Source: Vicugna vicugna (taxonomy: Eukaryota). Taken from it: a DNA stretch of 64,000 bases. Positions 53,838-64,000 of this stretch are shown one piece after another. The translations under genes were made by a program, and so were the position numbers. Location of the stretch: assembly GCA_013265495.1 (NCBI GenBank), contig MU058540.1, forward strand, positions 1,575,696 through 1,639,695, written 5' to 3'. Under the pieces are notes generated by a model, which was given only the letters and a program-made list of their open reading frames with translations, was not told the DNA's origin and made no database searches. The stretch's first letter is position 1; each line of letters begins with the position of its first letter.

Positions 53838-53943
53838 AGGGTGGTGGGTACAGCTCAGTGGTAGAGCACATGCTTAGCGTGCATGAGGTCCTGGGTTCAA
53901 TCCCCAGTACCTCCATTTAAAAAAATATATATGAAAAAAAAAA
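53838..53943 (+). mobile_element. tRNA-Ala-derived SINE (vic-1-like)
   Basis: gggtacagctcagtggtagagcacatgcttagcgtgcatgaggtcctgggttcaatccccagtacctcca with an A-rich tail. TSD gattctg at 53831-53837 and 53944-53950. Confidence 0.9.
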
Positions 53944-53954
53944 GATTCTGTACC

Positions 53955-54480
53955 TAGAAAAACTTTCAAGAAATAACTAAGAATTATCTTACACATATAC
54001 TTGTACATGGGTACCAAGATGGCTTTAGAACAGTATTCACTGTAGCACTATTTTGGATGAGGGAAGATTGGAAACGCCACACATGCCCGCTAGGAGACTG
54101 GTAAAATAATCACATAGCCGTACACTGGATGACTATACCTCATCCATTAAAAAAAAAAAATGTTTTTTAGGAAATGTGGAAGGAACTCCAAGATGTATTA
54201 TTAAATGGAAAAGGCAAGATGCAGAACAGCACACATGGAATGCCTTTATCAGTATGTGGGTGGGTGGAACACATTCATATATTTGCTTACTTGTGCATAG
54301 AACAGATCTAGAAGGCTACTTGAGCAACTGGTTATACTGGTTGCCTGCAGAGAAAAGGACTAGGCAGCTGGGAGACAAGGGTAGGAAGGAGACTTTTCTC
54401 TGAATAACCTTTGGTATCTCTTGAATTTTGAATCATAAAGATTTATTACTTATCAAAAAATGAATATAAGTAAAAATATG
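53955..54480 (+). mobile_element. Old L1 (L1ME-like) 3' fragment
   Basis: gtattcactgtagcactatttt...ttggaaac...ggaaggaactccaagatgtattattaaatggaaaaggcaagatgcagaacag. Confidence 0.6.
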
Positions 54481-56148
54481 TTTTACAACTTTGAAAATAA
54501 GTTTCACTAGGTCGGAGCACTGTGGACAGCTGAGGAGAAGTGGGAAGCAAACTAACCTTTGAGCATCTACATGAGCCCTGTATGTGATACTTTTAACCTG
54601 CACAACCTCTTACAGAAAGCAGTATCCATCCCTATTTTTATGGGTTTAACACTGAGGCATTGGGAGGGGGAAAGTGCTTGCCTGGCTGGCTGGGTCCTTC
54701 CCACAGTTGCACCATGCTAGCTGCTGAGGAGCAGCGCTTGAAATGGGCAGGGCCAAAGAAAATGATGCTCTGGGGGGGAGGGAGGGGCGTTTTCACGGGG
54801 CAGTGTAGACCTGCCACGGTGCTGCCGGCTTCCTGCGCAGGCCTCTGGGCTGCCAGGCGGATAAGAGGGGGCATACCCTTCGTTCTCTGCATGGGTCTGA
54901 TGTGATGTTTCCTGTTGCTTTCGCTGAGCTCGGGGATGGAGTTCGCAGTGTGCACTAACAGCTGTCAGGTGACCGCCTGAGCCAGAGGTCATTTCTGTCA
55001 CTGGAGGGAAGTATCTCCCCATGCTCCCGGCTGCCAAGGGAGAGGTGGTGCCGGCCGGCCCTGTGTTGTTCTGCTGGGTGTCAAAGGTGCCGCCATTGTC
55101 TGCCAACTGGAGGCTGGCTGGAGAGTTGTTGTTTTTCTGATTGTCAGACCCAGGCTCCTTACTTGCACTTAGAGGAAAAAGCATCCAAGCCCTGGTACAA
55201 AAGGTCCTCTTTTCATTTCTTTGGAAAAAGAGCAATGAATGAGCTCATTATCACTGCAAAGTAACCCAAATAGGGAGTGGGGTGGCCTCCTGCCCACTAC
55301 CTGGTCCTGCTTCTGGCCAGGTTTCCTGGAGTAGGGGGCTTGGATCTGGCTCAGGGTAACCAAAGTCAGATGGCTGGGACAGGTGGTCCATACAGGGGGC
55401 ACTGCTGGAGACATTTGGATGCTTTGAGACCGCTCTCTGTGCTGTGATCGGAGGAAGGACTGGTGTCTGCACCCCATCAGATCCCCTGAATGCAGAGCTG
55501 TGTCCAGGACTGCTGGCCTCCAGGGAGCAGAGATCTTCATGCAGAGTTACGTGCCTGCCTCACTTTGGCTTCCAGGAGGTTCCCATGTTCAGGTCCTCTG
55601 CTGGTCTCAGCTCTAGATATTGTCCTCACACCTCGGAGCAGATAGTCATGCAGTATCAGTTATCTGTTGAATGCTTCCAGATTGCCAGGCACTACTCTAG
55701 GTGCTTGGGGTATAGCATGGAACAAAACTGGCAAAGTCTCTACTCTCATGGAATTTAAATTCCAGCAGGAGCAGTGAAGTGTGCCAGCTCTGGCCCGCTC
55801 TTGCACCCTCTGCCCAGTCTCTGCTGGGTCTGGAATAACTGGAGGGTGGGGGGAGTGATGTATAAATTGCCTTGGAAGGGAGGCTTTTAGGCATTTCCAG
55901 CAGCTGAGCCCAGATTGTGACCCACTCACTCCCTTCAGAGCACGAGGTCTTTAGATCCTACTGGGCTGTGGTCAGAGAAGAGCCTTTCTTGATTTGAGTG
56001 GCAAAGAGCTCTGAAAGCTTGCAGGTTGGTGCTGGACTTTGGAATCATCTGGAAGAGACCTGGAGGCCTGCCCAGTGCACTGATGGTGAGCTGGCAATGT
56101 TTGACTCCAGCCTGACAGCCTTTCCTTTCTGTCCCTCTTCCATTTCAG

Positions 56149-56215
56149 ATTGAGAAGATCATGAGCTCCATCGGAGAAGGGATTGACTTTTCTCAGGAAC
56201 AGCAGAAGATCTCAG
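56149..56215 (+). CDS. ANKS1A: ANKS1A coding exon, 67 nt, phase 0/1: [22 protein letters not shown](G)
   Basis: Strong pyrimidine tract with tttcAG acceptor and CAG|GTATCG donor. Continues [22 protein letters not shown] as in recalled ANKS1A. Confidence 0.96.
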
Positions 56216-57179
56216 GTATCGTACCAAGGAACCCTTTTCCCTGGGGAACATAGACCTTTGGCCCCCTTCTGGCTCAGATTTTCCTCTGACACAGAAGACA
56301 GATGCTGAGGGGGCGAAAGAGGTCAGCCTCAGACCAGTCACACTCCTGTAATTCAGGATCGCATGTATCTGGACAGCCCATCCAGCTGCTGTTTTAGGAG
56401 TCATGACTCCTTTTACACAGTGGAGAAAAAGTATACAAATTGAATTTTAGGCTGTCTATTAGGAAGCTTTTTTAAAAAAAGTGAACACTTGTCACTTACT
56501 CATAATTATTTTAGTAAATGTGGGCTTTCTTCGATTGCCTTAATTTGGCACGATCCTCAGCTTGCCAGGCGGCCCTAGCACTAACTCTTCATGAGAACAT
56601 GGCTCTTGGGCACCTGATCACCAGCAGTGACCTTTGTGAGCCTGCATCACCTGGAAGGGCTGGCTTTGCTGTTTTCTCCTTGTGTCTGTCTCTCAGTTTT
56701 TCCCATTTACTTAGGCGCTCATTATTTTTACTCCAGATCACTGTCGCTTGGGGCATTCTTTTCATTTCAAAGCCCTATGGGTGAGGCCTGCCTGTTTCCT
56801 TTGTTTGAAACGAGGAACTGGGGAAGCCATACCTGAGCTATTTTCCTTGATAACAGAATTATGCTTGTGTTACTCGCTCAGGTGAGTGACATTCTTAAGA
56901 GTGCCTCCCAGAGCACCTGTCACCCCTTCCCCCAGCGTCTGAAGATAGTCCTGCCACCCAGGCACCTAGGCTGGAGGCAGCTCAGGAGCCTGGCCTCTCC
57001 CCCTTGTCGGGGAGGTGCCTCTCTCTACTGAATGGGAGGATTCCTCTGTCCAGGTTTGACCTGTTATCCCTGAGTGACACCTCTAGTCCCTCCACGGACC
57101 TCTGACCCTGGCAGGAAGTCTGATGGATGGGGACACGTGTGCACATCGGGGAGCAAGGTGCTACTGAGGCCATGGGGCT

Positions 57180-57390
57180 AGTGGAGAGAGCATGAGCTCT
57201 GGAGCCTCCGCCCTGGGTTCAAATCCTGGTTCTAGATACACAGGTGTCCAGGCCGAGTCACTTACTCCCCCTGCGCCCCAGTTTCCTACCTACAACATTT
57301 GGATAATAGTACTTACCTCAGGTTTGTTGAGAATGGGTAATATATACAAATACTTGATCTAAAGAGATACTCACTAAATAGTAGCTATGC
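57180..57390 (+). mobile_element. MIR SINE
   Basis: gagagcatgagctctggagcc...cctgggttcaaatcctggttct...agtcacttac...cagtttcct...ggataatagtacttacctca. Confidence 0.75.
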
Positions 57391-60300
57391 TCGTTTCTGT
57401 CCATGAAATGATTACTTCCTCATATAAAAAAACCTGAGAGGAGGGGTGTCTGCTCCCCTGGCTTGTCTCCCTGCACATTTTTTTCTCACTGGGTTCCTGG
57501 AGCCACCCTCCTTTCAGCAGCCTTGTTTCCCTGGGTTCTAGCAGAGAGGGCCCGGCTGGGTTTGCCAGTCTTAGATTACGGTGGTAGCTCTCTTGGTTGA
57601 AAGCTTGGGTTCTGTTTCCGGGTGCTTGCTTGCATGCAGTCCAGCGACTTTACCCTCTGTTGTGGTTTGCAGGCTTTACCAAGAGTCAGGTGTTTGTTGG
57701 CAATAGATGTCCAGGACTGAGACAAACACTGTTGCCATTTGCAAAGCTGGGGTTTAGGGGCAGCAGGGATGGGACTGATGCGGTTCAGTTCAGTTGCGGC
57801 TGCTGCCTGCTTCCCTGTACCCCTCTGTATCTTAGGAGCCTAAACCATTTGCTTGTGCTTGAGAGACTGGGACAGAAGCAGGCCATTACTTCTTGGCTTT
57901 GATAAATCGAGAGATGTGGTAGCCCTTCTGGGAAACATTCTTCTGGAAGAGCCCTTCTCCTTGCAGGTAGTGACACTGAGCCCTTTTCTTGCCCTTTGGG
58001 CCCCACCCACCAGTTTTTGCCCCCCATGAACCCATGTAAATGGCAGGAGTTGGTCCAGCTGCCCTCCTAGGTTTCTGGATCCCAGTACATAGTCTTGTTT
58101 TAGTACCATTGAGTTGAACCATCCTCCAAACCCCAGTTTTGGAAAGTCGAGAGTGGGCACATGAGGGTAGCCCTCTGAGCAGAGGGTGCGTCCAGCAGTG
58201 CTGCAGAGTCCTGACTGCTGTGTCAATGGCTGCCAGGCTGTGAAGCATGGAGAGCGTGGGCTCAGGCCTGCCCATGAACTCTGCCTTCTGTCTGATGGGC
58301 CAGTAAGGGGCTTTCCCCAGGACCTATGGAGCACCAGCCTTCAGCTCAGACCAGAGCAAATTTCTTGTTTATTTTGAATGATCAGTGTCAGGGTTCAAAC
58401 TGTCTGTGGGTTTCTGGATCTAGGAGAAGAGACCTGGGCCCTGGGGTTGCCATCAAGGGGGAGGAACAGGCCCTCCAACGGGCAGCCCTTAACTAAGCAC
58501 AGAATTGCCCAGCGTGACTGGTTTTGCAGAGGATTGTGTCTTGAAGGGTGAAACCCGTATGCCACTTGAATCTAACTCATCTTTTGGGCCCTGGGCCCCT
58601 GAGCTTCCTGTGCTGGAGCTGGTTACCCGAACCCCCGCAGGCTTGTTTTGTAACTCATCACACTGCCAGGAGTCCAGGGAGGGCGAGCCTTCCCAATGGC
58701 CTGGGCCACCCTGGCTGCTCTCATCAAAGGCCTGTTCTGTTGAGTGGAGGAGAACACTTGACTTCTGCTAAAGCCAACTGTTTAGCTGTCAAATAGCTGT
58801 TAAATGTAGGCTCCTTTGGAAGCCTGATGTCCTGCACACAGAGTCCCTGCTTTGCCGTGGCCATCAACAGCCTTTTGGGATGCAGGTGCCTCCCAGTGTG
58901 TTCAGAGGGTGACATGTAGTCCCTGGGTTTGTGTCTCTGTACACATTACCTTTCTTGTCTCCACAGCTGTAATGGGGCTTTGGTCCTGGTTTCCTTTGTC
59001 CTTGGTGCCCCCTCCCATATCCCCTTCCCCCAGATTGTGAGTGGCCTGCTTCAGGCCTGGTGCTTCTCCCTGGGCTCTGACGGGCCCACAGAGAAGTCTC
59101 TTCCCACAGTGTTGGTGTGCTCACCTGAGGACTATCAGTTGTAATGTCCTTATCTTGTCACCTGTTTTTGTGATACCCTGTGGTTTATCTTCCTGGCAGA
59201 GAGGCACAATCATTCCTGAAGTGGTGGTGGTTGGAGGGGGGAGTCACTTAACCTGTGGGCAGGACATTGTCACTCCTCTGTTCCCTCTCTTGCTGTCCCG
59301 GAAACTTATCAGCAAAAACTATAGGACTTCTCTATTCTCCCTGATAAGCTGTTTGCAGCCCTTTGAGCTCGAGGTAAAGTTTCGCCGTCTTTGCCTTTTA
59401 TATGCATGTTTATCGGCTAATATCAGATACTGGAAAATCTGTCATTTTGCTCTGATGCTGGTGTGGCTGTCTCCTTCTCCCTTGGTGGCAGCAGCAGCAG
59501 CAGCTTCTGCTGCGATGTCCGATCCCTAATGTATTTTCCTGAGTGTGGAAGGGCGGAGGGTGGGGAGGAGAGGAGGGGGAGGGCCAGACATTATGAGAGT
59601 GAGCAAGGACTGTGGAGCTGGCAGCTGGCAGCAGGCAGCGTGGAGCCCAGGAGCCTTTAAACAAAGCATTCTGCTGCAGTTCTGTAAGCACACACATCCA
59701 CCGGCAGCAGGCAGGACCACAGCTGCCCGGCTGGGGGATTACAAGCAGGAGTGAATCAGCAGCGGGGGACACTTGACTTCATGGGCATAGGAGAGCCTGC
59801 CGCTTAGGTTCCTGGAGCAGACGCCCCCACTCAAGGGCAGGGGAGCTCAAGTATCCCCCAGACTCGGCATCTCCGGAGTCTGCTGCAGCAGCGTGCATCG
59901 GGAGACCGCCAGGGCCCCTGACCACCATCTGTTCTGCAGAGGACAGAGGAGAGAGGGAGCCTGGGACAGGGGATCACCAGGGTCTCCTAAAAAACCAAGC
60001 CAGTTGGCTTTGGCTTGCCCAGAGGGGCAGAAAGTGCCGGCAACAAAAGAATGACTTTCACCGTGTCAAGAGTTCTCTGGAGGTGATGTTTTTATAGTTG
60101 ATTCTTCTTTTTCCTTCCTCGCACTTCTTTTTCCTTTTTGTTTTTTTTCCTTCTTTTATCTGTTCTTGCCCACGAGAACTAGAGAAGTAGGTGGGGTTAA
60201 GGCGTTCAGCTCCCAACATCCAAGGTCTGCCGTGAAGAGCTGAACTTTTTTCCTCCTTGCACCATGGCACTCCCCTGTCCTACCCGAGGAGCATAGCAAA

Positions 60301-61343
60301 TACATGTCTTCCCTTCTTTGCTCATCCTCAGAGGAGAACGTCAGGATCCGAGATCCTGGGAAGACAGTTGCTGTCTTTATCACTCAGCCAAAGAGAGAAC
60401 AGCACAGAACGTGAATAGACTTAAGCCGCCACAACTCAGCTGACGGAGGACCGCTTCCTTTCTCTTTTATCTGGCTGGGTTTTGTCTTCTTCAACCCAGA
60501 ACTGGATCTGCCCGCCTGCTTTCCACCTGAGCAGGCAGGCGAGTCACCAGAACAGACCCTATCGGAAGAGGAAGATGAACGCCCGACCCCTGCAACACAG
60601 CCCGACCCGGGAAGGCGGCCCTGCCGGCAGCGCCCTGGCCCGGGAGACGCCCCGCTCGCCAGCGGCCAGAGTCTAGCAGTGGACGGGCTCCCGGCCCCAC
60701 GGAGCCGCCTCTGAGCCCACGCCCCGGCCTGGCCTATGCGCCCGCCCGCCCCGCGCCGCCTCCAGCCTCTGAGCACAAAGGGCCCGTGGCCATGGTTTGC
60801 TTATTCCGGGACTGCTGGGGGAAAACAAGTAAAAGTCTCTTTTCTCCCCCTGCCGCGTTCTCTGCTGCTTGTGTTGCATGTGCTGGGTCCCTGTGAACAG
60901 CCGCCGCTGCTTCCCGCCGGAGCCCTAGCTGTGTGCCTGTGTCCCTCCGCTGCATGAAGATGCGCGCTCTCTCCTGACCGCCTGTGCTGCAAGGTCGCAG
61001 GACTTGTCCCTCACCCACGGCCCCGGGGCTCCAGACGCTGCATGGATGAGAGGAGCTCCCCGGCCCCTTCTGGTGCCCGTGGGAACCGACGTTCTGAAAT
61101 ACCTCAGTGAAGGCTGATGAGGCGTTGACCCGGAGACCTTTGGGGGTTGGCTCCCCCCAGCCTGTGGGCAGAGATCGTGCATGTGCCGCCAGCGGCCGGC
61201 CGGAGCAGCTCGGACCCAGGGGGTGTGAGCGGGCGGCTGGGTCGGGTGTGTGTGCCCCGCCGGCGCCTGCCCTTGGCCCGCCCGCGGAGGAGGAGCCGCG
61301 GGGCCTCTGCTCTCTGGTCTCTTGTACATAGTTTGGCTGCTTT

Positions 61344-61559
61344 ATGGTAATGACTATGATGTGGCAGTGCCATCTGTCTTCCTCTGAGTGCCGCTGCTAC
61401 CGCCTTAATGGTTTTTCCCTTTTCAAGCGTCTGCCGATTCCTCTCTCGTCAGGTTCGCGGACGCTGGAGCAGAGCGTCGGGGAGTGGCTGGAGGCGGTGG
61501 GGCTGCAGCAGTATGAGAGCAAGCTGCTTCTGAATGGCTTTGACGATGTCCGCTTCCTG
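61344..61559 (+). CDS. ANKS1A: Putative alternative first coding exon of a short ANKS1A isoform ([43 protein letters not shown]...)
   Basis: Four in-frame ATGs (61344, 61350, 61356, 61359) read without a stop into the SAM1 exon. The peptide resembles the recalled ANKS1B/AIDA-1 short-isoform N-terminus [27 protein letters not shown]. It lies inside a CpG island. Confidence 0.7.
61453..61559 (+). CDS. ANKS1A: ANKS1A coding exon, 107 nt, phase 1/0, start of SAM domain 1: (G)[35 protein letters not shown]
   Basis: ctctctcgtcAG acceptor and CTG|GTAAGT consensus donor. Shows the SAM signature V-x-x-WL-x-x-x-GL-x-x-Y...NGFD. Confidence 0.97.
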
Positions 61560-64000
61560 GTAAGTGCCGCCGCCTGGGGGCGGGTGCTGCTCCGGAGACG
61601 GAGACGCGCTTCCGGGGCTCCCCAGGCCCTGCTGGAAGTGGAAACAGCACGTAGACCTGTGTCCCAGGAACGGCCGACTGACTTGCCTCAGACAGCCGGC
61701 CATCAGCCGAGCGTCATGTGCCTGCTCCCTCAGCTCCCCCCTCCCTCCCCCATGACTCCAGAAATAGTTCTGTAGGAAGAACTCTTTGCATCCCTGACGC
61801 AGACCTTTTCTGACCCTGGTCTCCCTCTCAGCCTCAGGCCACGTGTTGCGTATGAGGCACCAAGGCCATCTTGTTCCAGCTCAGACACCAGGAGTTCTGG
61901 TGGACAGGACAGACATGTGGTGATTCCCCATCCCATCTCAGCCAGATACCAGAAGTTTCCTTTGTTTCCTAAAACTTTGCTGTCAAGCCCGTAGTCACTG
62001 AAGTGAGGAGCCTTGTCTCTGGCAAAAGGGCCTCTGCCCAGCCCAGCCCAGGCTGAGCGTCTGGGCGGAGCCGTGGCTGTGTGGCCTCAGAGGTGGCCCA
62101 GAGGAGAGGCTGAGCTGGTGGTATGAAGGATTGGTTGCTTTTCTGAGGTGTAATTTTGTACCCACTTCTTGCGAAACACAACAGCTCAGAAAAAAGGAAA
62201 AGAAAAACCGAGGTGTCTTTCCTCAGGCCCCCTGTGGGGTAGGGACCTGGCTAGGACCCTGGGCTCCGGATCCCGTGCTCACTGTCAGTCCAGGAAGCAG
62301 CTCAGGGTGGGTGCCCGTGACCTTCACTCTCCTGGAAGCCCTCTCTGAGGCATCCTCATGGGTTGCGCCTGGGTAGTATAGCCTGGGCAGGGCTGAGCTG
62401 AGGGTTTCGGCTCCCCTCAGAGGCTGCCCTGGCCTCCCCAGGGCGGGCATCAACACAGCAGTGATGACAGGAGCTGACACTTCGTATTCCTGCTCACTGT
62501 GTGCAAGAAGCCATTTAAGTGGTTTGCATGTGTTAGCTCATTGAGTCTTCCCCACGGCCCTGAGACGTGTGCTAATGCTGTCATCTCCCTTTTCCAGTAC
62601 AGAGCAGTTATGTTTCATGCTCACGTTCACACTCTGGTGTGGGCAGAACGTGCGCCCTGGCGCTCTGGGTCTGAGGCTCATGCTCTGACCCCCATGATGC
62701 ATGGCCTCTTTCTTACATGTGGATATGGGGAGTGGGAATGGAACCACTTATGTGCTGTAAGTCATCCTCTTGTGTATGTTATCTCAGGAGCTGGGTTTGA
62801 GGCATATCCTTGCTTCCTGGCAGGCCTGTTCCCTGCTCTCACAATGCCTGGGGACGCAGTCCTGAGCAGATGATGAGGTGTCTTCGCTCTCAGAGGCACA
62901 TCTCTAACTGCCCTCTTCCCTCCCCTGCCGTGTTGAGGGGTGGTGGTCAGTCAGCCCAGAGCTCCCCACGCCCTCTACTCTCCAGTGTGGGTCTCTAGGG
63001 GGTTCTGCCGGCCAGGTGGCATTTGGTGTCTCCCGAGTAGCAGCCTGCCCAGGGAGCTGGCCTGGGGCTCTCAGGAGGCACCCTGACTGGGATGACTCAC
63101 CTCGCCCGGCTGTCTCCGGCCCCAGGGCAGACAGTGAAGGTTGCCACAAACCACCCTTCCAGAGCCAGCTTAGGGCCAGTTATTTTTCAGCTTTTAAAAA
63201 TCTTAGGTTTTAAATAGCAGTTTTTAAAAGTTGAAGTAAGTGTATTTACGGTTCTTAGAACCTAATCCCTGACTCATTACGTACCTTTAGGAAGGTCTGA
63301 CAAACCCGAAAAGGAGGTTCAGCAGTAGCTGAACTGAGCAGGGACGGTTGGCCCTCAGCTCTGAGTATCAAGGGGTCTTCCCTCTCTGAGCACAACCTTT
63401 CCTCAGACTAGCCATCATATGGACAAGGGAGAGTGGCCCTGGATGTCACAGTGTCCCCTCCCCATGCTTTGGTATCTTAGAGGCTGAGCTCCTGATTTCT
63501 CACCCCTCCTTCTGCCAGTTCTGGAAAGGGTAAGTCTCCTAGTCATTGAATATCAAGACTCCTTTAAAACCGCTTCCCTGCCCCTCCCTGTGCTCTGACC
63601 AGAAAGTAGCTGGGCAGGCACCTGGGGAAGCCAGACATTCACGCACGATGCAGGGCCTCTGTTAGAATGCGTCTGTCCCTATATGGGAAAGGCACTCAAG
63701 GGGAAGCCAGCAGCTCAATTCTTCCATGGCCCTTCCAGGCACTCCTGCTGCTCTGGGTACAAGCCCTTTTCTCTCTGCTCTCTCTGTTCTGGAGGAACAG
63801 CTGGCAGGTGGAGTCTATACAGGAAGGAGTGCTGAGAACACCTCAGTTTAGTGTGTCCCTTCTGATACTTAGAGTGGCCTGAGTAGCCATGCAAAGTATC
63901 CTGGGTAATTGCCTGCAAGTGGCCAGATGGGCTGCAAGGCTAATTAAGTTTTAGCAGCCAGAAAAAAGATGAAGGAAACACACAAGAAAGGGGCATTTTT

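Larger units (their letters stand above)
60500..61700. promoter_or_regulatory. Intragenic CpG island, candidate internal promoter
   Basis: Visibly GC- and CpG-dense (e.g. gcgcccgcccgccccgcgccgcc, gccagcggccggccgg, gcccgcccgcggaggaggagccgcgg), with GC-box-like ccgccc motifs, against a CpG-depleted background. Boundaries are approximate. Confidence 0.75.

Noticed and set aside
59488..59503. (GCA)5 as a coding poly-Ala/Gln tract
   Set aside because: Short intronic triplet run with no supported exon around it.
61560..61775. C-terminal tail of ORF 61344..61775 (VSAAAWGR...)
   Set aside because: Lies beyond a consensus GTAAGT donor. SAM similarity stops at the donor.
1..64000. Prokaryotic-type systems (CRISPR arrays, operons, defence islands) or a nested protein-coding gene/processed pseudogene
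   Set aside because: The sequence is mammalian intron/exon DNA. I found no regularly spaced repeat-spacer array, and no ORF-track entry outside ANKS1A and L1 resembles a protein I recognise.

Overview
Mammalian genomic DNA covering the middle of ANKS1A (Odin) on the + strand. It is most likely camelid, judging from four tRNA-Ala-derived SINEs that resemble vic-1. Five GT-AG coding exons (507-599, 5799-5919, 20334-20926, 56149-56215, 61453-61559) join in frame and run from the Pro-rich linker to the start of the first SAM domain. The rest is intron with ordinary L1, L2, MIR, LTR and DNA-transposon debris, and almost all ORF-track entries are spurious. The most interesting region is 60100-61560. 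It holds an intragenic CpG island and an in-frame 5' extension of the SAM1 exon encoding [27 protein letters not shown], which matches my recollection of the N-terminus of the short ANKS1B/AIDA-1 isoforms. It also holds four TGCATG (RBFOX) motifs in 309 bp and several candidate unannotated exons. Together these suggest a short, ankyrin-less ANKS1A isoform system. Also notable are an unexplained ~108-bp inverted repeat pair (25765-26624) and a collapsed ERV provirus with a tRNA-Lys PBS (36212-37196). Repeat family names and homologies come from memory, not database searches.
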